The position numbers and the translations under genes were made by a program. This document shows, in pieces, positions 16,839 to 26,044 of a stretch of 29,608 bases of DNA. Each line of letters begins with the position of its first letter. Within the stretch, counting starts at the first letter, position 1. Origin of the DNA: a virus. Its lineage: Duplodnaviria; Heunggongvirae; Uroviricota; Caudoviricetes. The stretch lies in the IMG/VR virus record IMGVR_UViG_2937414065_000001; one strand, written 5' to 3'. The notes below the pieces were generated by a model that ran no database searches, was not told where the DNA came from, and was given only the letters and a program-made list of their open reading frames with translations.

Positions 16839-19800
16839 ATGGAACAGTTCAAGAAGAAAAGGTTGCCTCTCCTGATCGCAGGTGCAGGCGGCAAGAAAAG
16901 CAGCAGCTCCAGCCGCACGCCGGTTGAAGCCGATGATACCGTTAACTCGCGTGCTATGGCGTCTATCCTCGACTTGCTCGGGGAAGGCGTTATTGGTGGT
17001 CTGGTTGACGGTGCAAAATCGATTTTCATCGATGATCTGCCGATCCTCAATGAAGACGGCTCGGCCAACTATAGCGGCATTACATGGGATTTTCGCGACG
17101 GTTCGCAAGACCAGACGCCTATGGCTGGCTTTGATTTTGTTGAAACGCCTCGGTCGGTCAACATCCAGTTGAAGAAAACGCATGAGGTTACAGTCTCCAT
17201 CGACAATGATGAGGCTGATCGCGTTCGCGTCATTATGAAGTTCCCTTCTCTGCGTAGCGTGGATAAAAAGTCTGGCGACACCAACGGCACGACCGTTAAG
17301 TTCAAATTCCAGATCGCCAACGGCGACAGCACATTTGACGATGTGATTGCCGATGGGGAGAAGGGGGTCGATGTCGCGCTGACGGCAAAGAAAACCGGCG
17401 TTTATTATCGCAGTTACGAACTCAAACTGCCAAAGCCCGGCCGCGCATATAAAGTGCGTGTCATCCGTCTGACCGACGATAGTAAAACTCAGTATCTCTA
17501 TAACGATACCTGGGTGGATTCCATTGGCGAGATTGTTGATACGCCGATGAACTATCCGAACTCTGCGCTGGTGGGCCTCAAGGTCAACTCAGAGCAGTTC
17601 GGCAGCTCTATGCCTTCTCGTTCGTATCTGGTTCGTGGTTTGAAAATCCGCGTGCCGTCAAACTACAACGAGAACACCAATACCTATGAGGGGATCTGGG
17701 ATGGCACATTCAAACTGCTGTCATCCTCTAACCCAGCCTGGATTCTCTTTGACGTTCTGACCAACGCTCGCTATGGCCTGGGGCAATTTGTCTCGGAAAA
17801 CATGATAGACCTCGGCCAGCTGTATCAGATCGGCCGTTACTGCGACGAAGAAATTGACGACGGATTCGGCGGCAAAGAGAAGCGCTTCGCGATCAACACC
17901 CAGATCACAAGCCGTCAGGATGCTTATCGACTGATTCAGGATATCGCCGGGGCATTCCGTGGCATGGTTTTCTGGGCTGGTGGCATGGTGAACGTCATGC
18001 AAGACAGTCCATCCGACCCGGTCATGATGTTTACTAACGCAAACGTCAAAGATGGCCTGTTCAGCAGCAAAGGCTCTGCGCGTAAAGATCGCCCGTCTGT
18101 GGCTCTTGTTACCTACAACAACAAGGAAGACGGCTACAAGCAGAACATCGAGTATGTCGAAGACCAGGAGGCGATGCGTCGTTATGGCGAGCGCAAAACC
18201 GAAGTGGTGGCGTTCGGGTGTACCAGTCGTGGCCAGGCGCATCGTGTTGGTCTGTGGCTCCTGTATACCGCTCGCATGGAGTCCGATGTCATTACCTTTA
18301 CCGCGGGCCTCGATGCTTCGTTCTTGATTCCCGGCGAAACCGTGCTGATTCAGAACAAATACCGCGCAGGTAAGCGTAATTCCGGGCGAATCATGGCCTT
18401 CAACAAGAACAGCATCACTCTTGATGCGCCGGTGTCGTTAAAGAAAAGCGGTAGCTACATTCGTATCTTGAATCAGGAAGGGAAGATCGTTGAACGCGAC
18501 ATTCTGGAGACAGGGGATAGTGTCACCAAAGTGACGTTCTCAAAGGCGCTGGCATCAGGTGAAATGCCAGTCCTGAATGGCGTCTGGACTATCACTGAAC
18601 CGGATCTGGAACCGATGCGTGTGCGCGTTATCAACGTTGCACAGGGCGATGCGCCAGGGTCTTTCGATGTAACCGTAGTGCAGAATAACCCGTCGAAGTA
18701 CGAGGCGATCGACAACGGGGCGACGTTAATTCCGGAGAACAATACCGTTCTCGACCCGACTTACTCGAAGCCGACTAACCTGCAAGTCACCGAAGGGACG
18801 TATATCTCCAGTCCGGGCAACCTCTCAATCAAGCTCGTTGCCACCTGGGAGGGTAAATCTGCTGAGTACTGGATCAGCTGGCGTCGTTCAGACGAAAACA
18901 ATGTTTCTAACTGGCAGTCCGCGCGTGTCACCGAAGAGCAATATGAAATCACCAATATTGCCGAGAATGGCCAGTACGATATCCAGCTTTACGCTGTGTC
19001 GTTCAGCGGGAAAAAGACAGAGATTATCAGCACTGTCTACAAAGTTCAGGGGACGATGACGCCACCGGATGCACCGACTGCGCTGACGGCTGTGGGCGAC
19101 TACCGCAATGTGGTTCTGAATTGGGTTAACCCTGACTCAATCGACCTCGATCACATCAACGTGTATGCGTCCCAGACCAACAACCTGGACACTGCAAAAT
19201 TGATTGCAGAAGCAGCCAGCACCACCTTTACGCACGCAGGTCTTGGTGATAGCGAAACCTGGTTCTATTGGGTTCGTGCTGTAAACAAACGCGGTATGTT
19301 GAGCCAGCCCAACTCCAATTTGGGCACTGAGGCGATGACGAAAGACGTGTTGTCTTTCCTGACCGGGAAGATCACCTCTTCTGAATTGGGGCAGGAGCTG
19401 CTTGAGGAAATCGACACCAAAGCCTCGCAGGAAGCCGTTGACGCCATCAATAAGCAGATGGAGGAAAGCCTCAAAGAACTCGACCAATCTCTGTCAGAAC
19501 TGGGCGGCAAGCTGGAAGACACAAGTGACCGACTGGAACAGGCTCAGGAAGAGCTGAAAACAGAAGTCTCCGGCACGTTGGACAAGGTCAATGATGCGTT
19601 GCAGCAGGTTGAGGACTCGAATGCCGCGCTGGTTGAGTTGCGGGAAACCGTTTCAGAACAGGGCAAGGCTGTAGCGAGTGCGGTTGAAGCCGCCCAAGCC
19701 GCTTTGGACAATTCGTCTGCCTTAATTGCTGAAGAGCGAGAGGCCAGAGTAGAGGGTGACAAGGCGAACGCCAAACAGATCGAGGCGATGAAGTCTTCTG

Positions 19801-21116
19801 TCGATGATAGCGTAGCCGCTGTCGAAGAAATGAAAAAGACCGTTGCCGAAGTCGAACGTGCCAGCGCGGAAGTGACGACAAATATCGAGGCATTAGCCAA
19901 AACCAACATCGACCTCGCGCTGCGACAGGACGAAGACCAGCATAAGCAGATGGTCAATAATGCGAAGATCGCCACCACTCAAAAAACCTTTGCTGACGAT
20001 ATGTCTGCGATGGCCTCTAAAGTGGAAGAGATCCGCGCAGAGATTGGTGAGGACATCCGGGCATCTATTACCGAAGAGACGACAGCTCGTGTTGAAGCTG
20101 ATAAGGCGATCGCAACACAAATCACCAAGCTGGAAGCCCAGATCAATGATGATATTTCTGCGGCCATTGTTTCTGAGCAGGAGGCCCGAGCGACTGCGGA
20201 TGAATCGCTTTCCAGGCAGATTACGTCACTGCAGGCGAAGGTAGAAGGTGACATTAGTGCGGCTCTTACGGAAGAGCAGATCGCACGGGCTTCAGGGGAT
20301 GAGGCATTATCCAAACAAATTACCAGCCTCAAGGCTCAGACGGGGGAGGATATTAAGGCGGCAGTTGCCAGTGAAACGAAAGCGCGTACTGACGTAGATA
20401 GCGCACTGGCAACCCAGATCAGCACGTTAAAGGCCCAGACTGCACAGGACATCAAAGCAGCGGTTGCTACTGAGACTAAAGCTCGTACTGATGCCGATTC
20501 GGCGCTGGCCGGGCAGATCACAAGCCTGAAAGCCCAGACTGGTAAGGACATTAATGCAGCGATTACGTCCGAGGCGAACGCCAGGGCTAATGCTGATGGG
20601 GCGTTGGGGTCACGTATCGACACGCTAAAAGCCTCTGTTGACGGTAACTCTGCAACGATTAGGCAACAGGCGACAGCTATTGCAGATACCAATAAAAAGG
20701 TCTCTACAGCCTGGACACTTAAGATGGAGACATCCACCAGCGGCGGGCAGAAGTATGTTGCCGGCATCGCGCTGGGGATCGACAGCACTGGTCTGTCGCA
20801 ATTCCTTGTTCAAGCCGACCGTTTTGGATTGGTGAACTCAGTGAACGGTAAAGTTACAACGCCGTTCGTGGTTGAAAACAGCATTGCTTACATGAATGGC
20901 GCCTATATCAAGGATGGCACGATTACCAATGCCAAAGTGGGCGATCTCCAGTCTACGAATTTTGTTTCCGGGCGCTCTGGGTGGCGGTTTGGCAAAAACG
21001 GAGTTCTGGAGATTAACGGCAACAGCGGTGGCAACGGTCGTTTGGTCATTAATGGTCAGCGCATTGATGTTTATGATGACAACAATGTTCTCCGGGTGCG
21101 CATTGGCTTGCTTTAA
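16839..21116 (+). CDS. Central tail fibre/hub protein J (lambda gpJ-like), 1425 aa
   Basis: DLLGEG.I.GLV, NPAWI..D.LTN.RYGLG, FN3 domains, coiled coil, DUF1983-like region and short phi80/N15/T1-type C-terminus (IDVYD.NNVLRVRIG). Confidence 0.95.
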   Translation: MEQFKKKRLPLLIAGAGGKKSSSSSRTPVEADDTVNSRAMASILDLLGEGVIGGLVDGAKSIFIDDLPILNEDGSANYSGITWDFRDGSQDQTPMAGFDFVETPRSVNIQLKKTHEVTVSIDNDEADRVRVIMKFPSLRSVDKKSGDTNGTTVKFKFQIANGDSTFDDVIADGEKGVDVALTAKKTGVYYRSYELKLPKPGRAYKVRVIRLTDDSKTQYLYNDTWVDSIGEIVDTPMNYPNSALVGLKVNSEQFGSSMPSRSYLVRGLKIRVPSNYNENTNTYEGIWDGTFKLLSSSNPAWILFDVLTNARYGLGQFVSENMIDLGQLYQIGRYCDEEIDDGFGGKEKRFAINTQITSRQDAYRLIQDIAGAFRGMVFWAGGMVNVMQDSPSDPVMMFTNANVKDGLFSSKGSARKDRPSVALVTYNNKEDGYKQNIEYVEDQEAMRRYGERKTEVVAFGCTSRGQAHRVGLWLLYTARMESDVITFTAGLDASFLIPGETVLIQNKYRAGKRNSGRIMAFNKNSITLDAPVSLKKSGSYIRILNQEGKIVERDILETGDSVTKVTFSKALASGEMPVLNGVWTITEPDLEPMRVRVINVAQGDAPGSFDVTVVQNNPSKYEAIDNGATLIPENNTVLDPTYSKPTNLQVTEGTYISSPGNLSIKLVATWEGKSAEYWISWRRSDENNVSNWQSARVTEEQYEITNIAENGQYDIQLYAVSFSGKKTEIISTVYKVQGTMTPPDAPTALTAVGDYRNVVLNWVNPDSIDLDHINVYASQTNNLDTAKLIAEAASTTFTHAGLGDSETWFYWVRAVNKRGMLSQPNSNLGTEAMTKDVLSFLTGKITSSELGQELLEEIDTKASQEAVDAINKQMEESLKELDQSLSELGGKLEDTSDRLEQAQEELKTEVSGTLDKVNDALQQVEDSNAALVELRETVSEQGKAVASAVEAAQAALDNSSALIAEEREARVEGDKANAKQIEAMKSSVDDSVAAVEEMKKTVAEVERASAEVTTNIEALAKTNIDLALRQDEDQHKQMVNNAKIATTQKTFADDMSAMASKVEEIRAEIGEDIRASITEETTARVEADKAIATQITKLEAQINDDISAAIVSEQEARATADESLSRQITSLQAKVEGDISAALTEEQIARASGDEALSKQITSLKAQTGEDIKAAVASETKARTDVDSALATQISTLKAQTAQDIKAAVATETKARTDADSALAGQITSLKAQTGKDINAAITSEANARANADGALGSRIDTLKASVDGNSATIRQQATAIADTNKKVSTAWTLKMETSTSGGQKYVAGIALGIDSTGLSQFLVQADRFGLVNSVNGKVTTPFVVENSIAYMNGAYIKDGTITNAKVGDLQSTNFVSGRSGWRFGKNGVLEINGNSGGNGRLVINGQRIDVYDDNNVLRVRIGLL
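20049..20642 (+). repeat. Six tandem 99-bp (33-aa) repeats in the gpJ coiled coil
   Basis: Units start at 20049, 20148, 20247, 20346, 20445 and 20544; consensus xDI.AA...E..AR...D.AL..QI..L.A. Confidence 0.9.
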
Positions 21117-21147
21117 TAGTAGAAATATTTCTTTATATCGGTAAAAA

Positions 21148-21165
21148 TAAGTAGGTACTTACTTA
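21148..21165. promoter_or_regulatory. Palindromic operator-like site, copy 6 (TAAGTAGGTACTTACTTA)
   Basis: 1 mismatch to consensus; intergenic upstream of the side fibre gene. Confidence 0.7.
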
Positions 21166-21203
21166 ATAACGGGCAAGGATGCCCGTCCTTTCAAGGAGCG
21201 AAT

Positions 21204-24200
21204 ATGTGGTACAGGGAAGGTACTATCACATTTACACAGGGAAGTGACACGCTTGAGGGCACTGGCACGTTTTGGAACGTCACTGCCAATGGCGTGTTGC
21301 CGGGCATGATTGTCATCGGCCCCGATAACAAGCTGTACGAAATTAAGCGTGTGCTAAATGACACCCGCCTGACACTTATGGAGCAGTACTCGGGTGAGAC
21401 CCAGAATGATGTCCCATGCCGCATCATCACTACCTATGAAGGCGATCTGACACAGTTCAGTGCTCGCTTCACGGCATTGATGACTCGAATGTCAGCCGAC
21501 TCGAAGACAATGCGAAGCTGGTTAACTGCCATTGATGAAGTGACACTCGAACGCGAGGACGGCACTGAGGTGACAGTCAAATCGCTCACCCAAATCGTCA
21601 ATGAGCACAATGCCAACCAGCAATGGTACAGGGACAATACGGATGCAATCGATGCCGCGGGTGACAAAGCTAAACAGGCAGCCGCCAGCGCAGCAGCAGC
21701 TGCCAATAGCGCAAGCACTGCCGGAACAAAGGCGACTGAGGCCAGTAAAAGTGCTGCCGCAGCTGCTGCATCCGAAAGCGTTGCCAGCGAAGCCGCTAAG
21801 GGTGCAAAGACCTCCGAAACGAATGCAGAAAGCTATAAAGAGACTGCTGTAGCTTCAGCTGCCACCGCAACGGAGAAAGCCGCCGAAGCAGGGGCATCTG
21901 CTTCGAGTGCCGCAGCGTCCAAAAATGCCGCGAAAGCCTCACAAACTAACGCTGCTGGCAGCGCTGTCTCTGCTGCGGATTCTGCGACCGCAGCATCTAA
22001 TTCCGCCGCGGCTGCTGAAGTTTCTGAGAGCAATGCCGCCGCATCGGAAAACGCAGCAGCGGGTAGTGCAGCTGCCGCACTTGCATCTCAGAACGCAGCC
22101 AAAACATCTGAAACAAACGCGGCGCAGAGCGCCGACGGGTCGGCCGCCAGCGCTGCCGCGGCTAAAGTGTCTGAAACCAACGCTGCCGCCTCGGAAGCAG
22201 CCGCCGCCGCGAGTAAAGTGGCTGCCGGTTTAAGCGCTGACGCGGCGGCGGGGAGCGCCACTACAGCTGGCGAATATGCTGATGCGGCAGAGGCCAGCAA
22301 AGATGCAGCCGCATCAAGTGCTGGCGAAGCGAAGAAGTCTGAGGCAAGCGCAGCCGCATCTGCGACCACCGCAACTGACGCGCTGGCAGGTATTGAAGCA
22401 AAGGCAACAGAAGCCGCTGAGTCGGCCACACTCGCGACAGCAAAAGCGTCCGAGGCCTCGACTTCGGCAGCTGAGGCCAAAGCATCCCAGACGAAAGCGA
22501 AAGCATCTGAGGACAAGGCATACGAATATGCGCAGAATGCGCAGTCCAGTATCGCCAGCGTGAAATGGAAAGGTACGTCCGCCGAACTGGACTTGACCTC
22601 TGATACGCCCAAGTGGGTAAAAGTCTCGCGTGCGCGTATGCCGCAAGCGACCAGCACTGTCTACATCGAAGTGATCGGTGGCGCTGGCTATGATGCCGAT
22701 AGCCCAGGCCAGGCTGCGATGGCTGACATTGTTCTTCGCACAGCGGGGGGCGATCCCAAAGGTCTCAATGCTGTTGCCTATTTAACGCAGGACTCCGCTG
22801 TAAATAGCGTGGCCACCGTTAATACCGACGAAGAAAATTACGACATCTACCTTCGCGTGGGCGCGGGCGCTCAAAAGTTAATTGTGAACCTGCAATTCTC
22901 CGGCGCCGCGGTTGAATCGCTGGAAGTGATCGAATCGGTTGACTCGTTGCCTGAAGGCGCCGTAGAGGGAATGGTTTATCATCGAGTACTTTCAGACATT
23001 CATGGTGCTATTACAGGCTCACTGGTAGGCAATGCAAGTACCGCGACGGTTTTAGAGACTGCACGTAAGATCGGCGGTGTGCTGTTCGATGGCAGTCAGG
23101 ATATTGAGCTGCCGGGCGTGAATGCGCAGGGTAATCAGAACACCACTGGTAATGCCGCAACCGCAACAAAGCTACAGACCGCACGCAGAATCGGTGGCGT
23201 TAGTTTTGATGGCTCTGCTGATATTGATTTACCTGGCGTTAATGCTGCCGGTAATCAAAACACCTCTGGCAACGCAGCTACGGCAACCAAATTGCAAACA
23301 GCGCGTAAGATTGGCGGAGTGTCGTTTGACGGTTCTGCCGACATCAACTTACCTGGTGTTAACGCGGCCGGCAATCAGAGCACTACAGGCAATGCCGGTA
23401 CTGCGACCAAACTTCAAACGCCGAGAACGATTAACAGCGTTTCCTTTGACGGTTCGGCAAACATCTCGATCCCGACGCTTGTTTCTCGTGGGCGAGTGGA
23501 GGCTTTGGCCACCAATACTCAAGGTGCGATGGCTGGCCTCCAGATGTATGAAGCCTACAACAACAGCTACCCGACGACCTATGGCAACGTCATTCACCTT
23601 AAAGGCGCATCAGCTTCTGGTGAGGGAGAGTTCCTGATTGGCTGGAGTGGAACAAGTGGCGCTCATGCGCCGGTATACGTGCGTTCACGACGCGATACTA
23701 CGGATGCTAACTGGTCTGGATGGGCGCAGGTCTACACTACCGCCCACAAACCAACGGCACGAGATGTGGGGGCGATGGCATCGACCACACTGTCGTTCAA
23801 TGGTGGTGCTGCTGGTTGGTTCAAAATTGCGACCGTAACCATGCCGCAGAGCACCAGTGTGGTTTTCATTCGTCTGCTGGGAGGGGCTGGTTACAACACG
23901 GGTAGTTGGGATCAGGCAACTATCAGTGACCTTGTTTTACGTGCAGGCAACAACTCTCCGAAAGGCATCACAGCTGTCGTGTGGCGTCGTTCTGGTCAGG
24001 GGATTAACGGCGCAGCGTGGATTAATACGTCGGGCGATTCCTATGATATCTACGTTAATTTGCCGAACTACGGAACCACGCTGAACGTCCAGTGGGACTA
24101 CACCAGCAACGCAGGTGTGACCATCCATAGTTCTCCGGCATTTTCGGCTGCCCAGCCTTCAGGAAGTACTGCTGGTACGGTTTATACGATATACAGCAAC

Positions 24201-25448
24201 CTGCTGAAACCAACCGCCGCAGATGTTGGAGCATTGCCGCTATCTGGCGGAACAATGACGGGAGTGTTGACGCTGCAAAATGTGAGTCAGCCTCTCAAGA
24301 CGCCAGGTGGCGGCATTCTGGCAAATGATGGAAATTTATACATCAATAAGTCGGGATTTGCAGGCTGGATTGATGCACTGTTTTTGAAGAACAGCGGCGG
24401 CACCCTGACTGGTAACCTGCGTTTGTCTGCTGACAATGCCTCCATTGTCTGTGGTAACAATGGGGATATTGGCTTCATCAAAAAACAGGGTTATCCAGGC
24501 GCGATCGTGACTGGTTCGACAACTAAGTTCATGATTATGCGTAGTAACGCGGCCACGAATATTTCGGCTGCAAATACGCTCACCGAAGTGATGGCCATCC
24601 AGCCAACCACAAATCGCGCTGACTTCGTAGGTGAGGTGGTTTCGCATTCGGCAAATGCGTTACGCGCGGCTTATGGGAACTACGGCTTCTTCATTCGCAA
24701 CGATGGTGGCACAACCTACTTCCTCTTAACGGCCTCCGGCGACAAGTACGGAAGCTGGAATGCTTTGCGTCCAATGTACATCAACAACGCTTCAGGCGAA
24801 GTTACGATGGGGAACGGGTTGTCGCTTGCCGGTGGCTTAAATGTCACGAGCGGAAATGTCAGAATCCCGACGTCGAGCACATCGTGGATCGACATGAGGA
24901 CTAACGCAGCGCTTTCAAACAGTTCTGCTGTAGCAACGTCCTCAGCATCAGCAATTGTTCGTCAAGAGCACGCCGATCGTTACTTTATGGTCGGTGGGTT
25001 GGGGAACTCGCAGTTCGGGTTCTACATGATTAACAAGTCGCGTACTGCTAACGGAACGGATGCACAGGCTTTTCTGCAGAGCGATGGCGTGTGGTATTGC
25101 GGGGGCAATGGTAGTTTTAACGACGTTTATATTCGCTCTGACCGACGCAGCAAACGCCAGATCCGCAAGATTGAGCGGGCGCTTGATAAAGTGGAGCAGA
25201 TTGAAGGCGTTCTTTATGAAATTCAGGTCTATGACCGTTACGAACAGTCTGGTGGGCTTATCGCGCAGGACGTTCAGAAGGTTCAGCCTGAGTTGGTGAC
25301 GGTCGATAAAAATGACCAGTCTGGCGAAGACCGTTTACGTCTGAACTACAACGGCATTATTGGCATGTTGGTCGAAGCGGTCAAAGAGCTGCGGCAGGAG
25401 GTGCGCGAGCTTCGCGAGGAAGTGGCTGTTTTAAAAGGGGGTAACTAA
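21204..25448 (+). CDS. Long side tail fibre with C-terminal Peptidase S74 intramolecular chaperone, 1414 aa
   Basis: WYREGTITFT..GT N-terminal anchor, Ala/Ser-rich Stf-like stalk, fibre repeats, FNDVYIRSD cleavage motif (Ser 25137-25139), G.IAQ.V..V.PELV and LNYNGII..LVEAVKEL. Confidence 0.93.
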   Translation: MWYREGTITFTQGSDTLEGTGTFWNVTANGVLPGMIVIGPDNKLYEIKRVLNDTRLTLMEQYSGETQNDVPCRIITTYEGDLTQFSARFTALMTRMSADSKTMRSWLTAIDEVTLEREDGTEVTVKSLTQIVNEHNANQQWYRDNTDAIDAAGDKAKQAAASAAAAANSASTAGTKATEASKSAAAAAASESVASEAAKGAKTSETNAESYKETAVASAATATEKAAEAGASASSAAASKNAAKASQTNAAGSAVSAADSATAASNSAAAAEVSESNAAASENAAAGSAAAALASQNAAKTSETNAAQSADGSAASAAAAKVSETNAAASEAAAAASKVAAGLSADAAAGSATTAGEYADAAEASKDAAASSAGEAKKSEASAAASATTATDALAGIEAKATEAAESATLATAKASEASTSAAEAKASQTKAKASEDKAYEYAQNAQSSIASVKWKGTSAELDLTSDTPKWVKVSRARMPQATSTVYIEVIGGAGYDADSPGQAAMADIVLRTAGGDPKGLNAVAYLTQDSAVNSVATVNTDEENYDIYLRVGAGAQKLIVNLQFSGAAVESLEVIESVDSLPEGAVEGMVYHRVLSDIHGAITGSLVGNASTATVLETARKIGGVLFDGSQDIELPGVNAQGNQNTTGNAATATKLQTARRIGGVSFDGSADIDLPGVNAAGNQNTSGNAATATKLQTARKIGGVSFDGSADINLPGVNAAGNQSTTGNAGTATKLQTPRTINSVSFDGSANISIPTLVSRGRVEALATNTQGAMAGLQMYEAYNNSYPTTYGNVIHLKGASASGEGEFLIGWSGTSGAHAPVYVRSRRDTTDANWSGWAQVYTTAHKPTARDVGAMASTTLSFNGGAAGWFKIATVTMPQSTSVVFIRLLGGAGYNTGSWDQATISDLVLRAGNNSPKGITAVVWRRSGQGINGAAWINTSGDSYDIYVNLPNYGTTLNVQWDYTSNAGVTIHSSPAFSAAQPSGSTAGTVYTIYSNLLKPTAADVGALPLSGGTMTGVLTLQNVSQPLKTPGGGILANDGNLYINKSGFAGWIDALFLKNSGGTLTGNLRLSADNASIVCGNNGDIGFIKKQGYPGAIVTGSTTKFMIMRSNAATNISAANTLTEVMAIQPTTNRADFVGEVVSHSANALRAAYGNYGFFIRNDGGTTYFLLTASGDKYGSWNALRPMYINNASGEVTMGNGLSLAGGLNVTSGNVRIPTSSTSWIDMRTNAALSNSSAVATSSASAIVRQEHADRYFMVGGLGNSQFGFYMINKSRTANGTDAQAFLQSDGVWYCGGNGSFNDVYIRSDRRSKRQIRKIERALDKVEQIEGVLYEIQVYDRYEQSGGLIAQDVQKVQPELVTVDKNDQSGEDRLRLNYNGIIGMLVEAVKELRQEVRELREEVAVLKGGN
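23028..23474 (+). repeat. About 3.7 tandem 120-bp (40-aa) fibre repeats GNA.TATKLQTARKIGGV.FDGSADI.LPGVNA.GNQ.T
   Basis: Units start at 23028, 23148, 23268 and 23388. Confidence 0.9.
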
Positions 25449-26002
25449 TGGCGATTGGCTCCGGATGGGTCGGGTCGTCAGCCGTATCAACGACGAGCCA
25501 GCGGTGGATGTCTGCCGCTGGCTCGGCGGTAAAGGTTGGCACACCGTTTTATATGAGTTCGTTAATCGGTAAAGCCATGCAGGACTTCACAATGGTTGTT
25601 GGCAACAGCACTTACGGCATCATGGTGCAGGCCACAAACACTCAGTGGGTAACGGGTACAGTTTATTATGGTGGGTACTCTAACAACTCCACAACGACGG
25701 GGGCTGCATTAGCGATCTCCGGAACGAGTGCGAGGATTCCGTCAATTAACGCGACGGGGTCTGTTAGTGGAACGCTTTTGGGGTGTACGATTACACACAT
25801 CTCTCAGGGCAAGGATACCGCTTATATCTACATCGGGTTAACGAACGGCCCAAACCAAAGTTTCACGCTGTCATTAGGAGGAACGAATTTCTCCTTTGCC
25901 GCGCATTCATTTGCGAACAACACCAGACATTACCGCGCTTCAGCAAGTTCAAACTGGCTTTATAACAAGAAGGGCCAAACTCTCGCAGGAGTAAAAGTCT
26001 AA
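25448..26002 (+). CDS. Putative fibre-tip adhesin with T2/S16 gp38-like N-terminal attachment domain, 184 aa
   Basis: N-terminus GWVGSSAV..T.QRWMS.A......PFYMS.L.GK resembles the gp38 N-domain as recalled; TAATG-coupled to the fibre gene. Confidence 0.7.
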   Translation: MAIGSGWVGSSAVSTTSQRWMSAAGSAVKVGTPFYMSSLIGKAMQDFTMVVGNSTYGIMVQATNTQWVTGTVYYGGYSNNSTTTGAALAISGTSARIPSINATGSVSGTLLGCTITHISQGKDTAYIYIGLTNGPNQSFTLSLGGTNFSFAAHSFANNTRHYRASASSNWLYNKKGQTLAGVKV

Positions 26003-26006
26003 ATAA

Positions 26007-26024
26007 AGGGCGCGGAAGCGCCCT
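26007..26024. terminator. GC hairpin AGGGCGC-GGAA-GCGCCCT; its T-tract lies on the minus strand (AAATAAA at 26001-26007)
   Basis: 7-bp stem; no T-run on the + side. Confidence 0.4.
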
Positions 26025-26044
26025 GTAAGATTCAAGGAGGAATC

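Noticed and set aside
22088-22657. Ala/Ser-rich minus-strand ORF (and similar ones at 21434-22033)
   Set aside because: GCN-rich low-complexity fibre stalk reads as Ala/Ser on both strands.
21204-26002. Invertible segment or diversity-generating retroelement acting on the fibre
   Set aside because: No invertase, no hix/gix/cix-like inverted sites, no reverse transcriptase and no adenine-specific template/variable repeat pair seen in the window.
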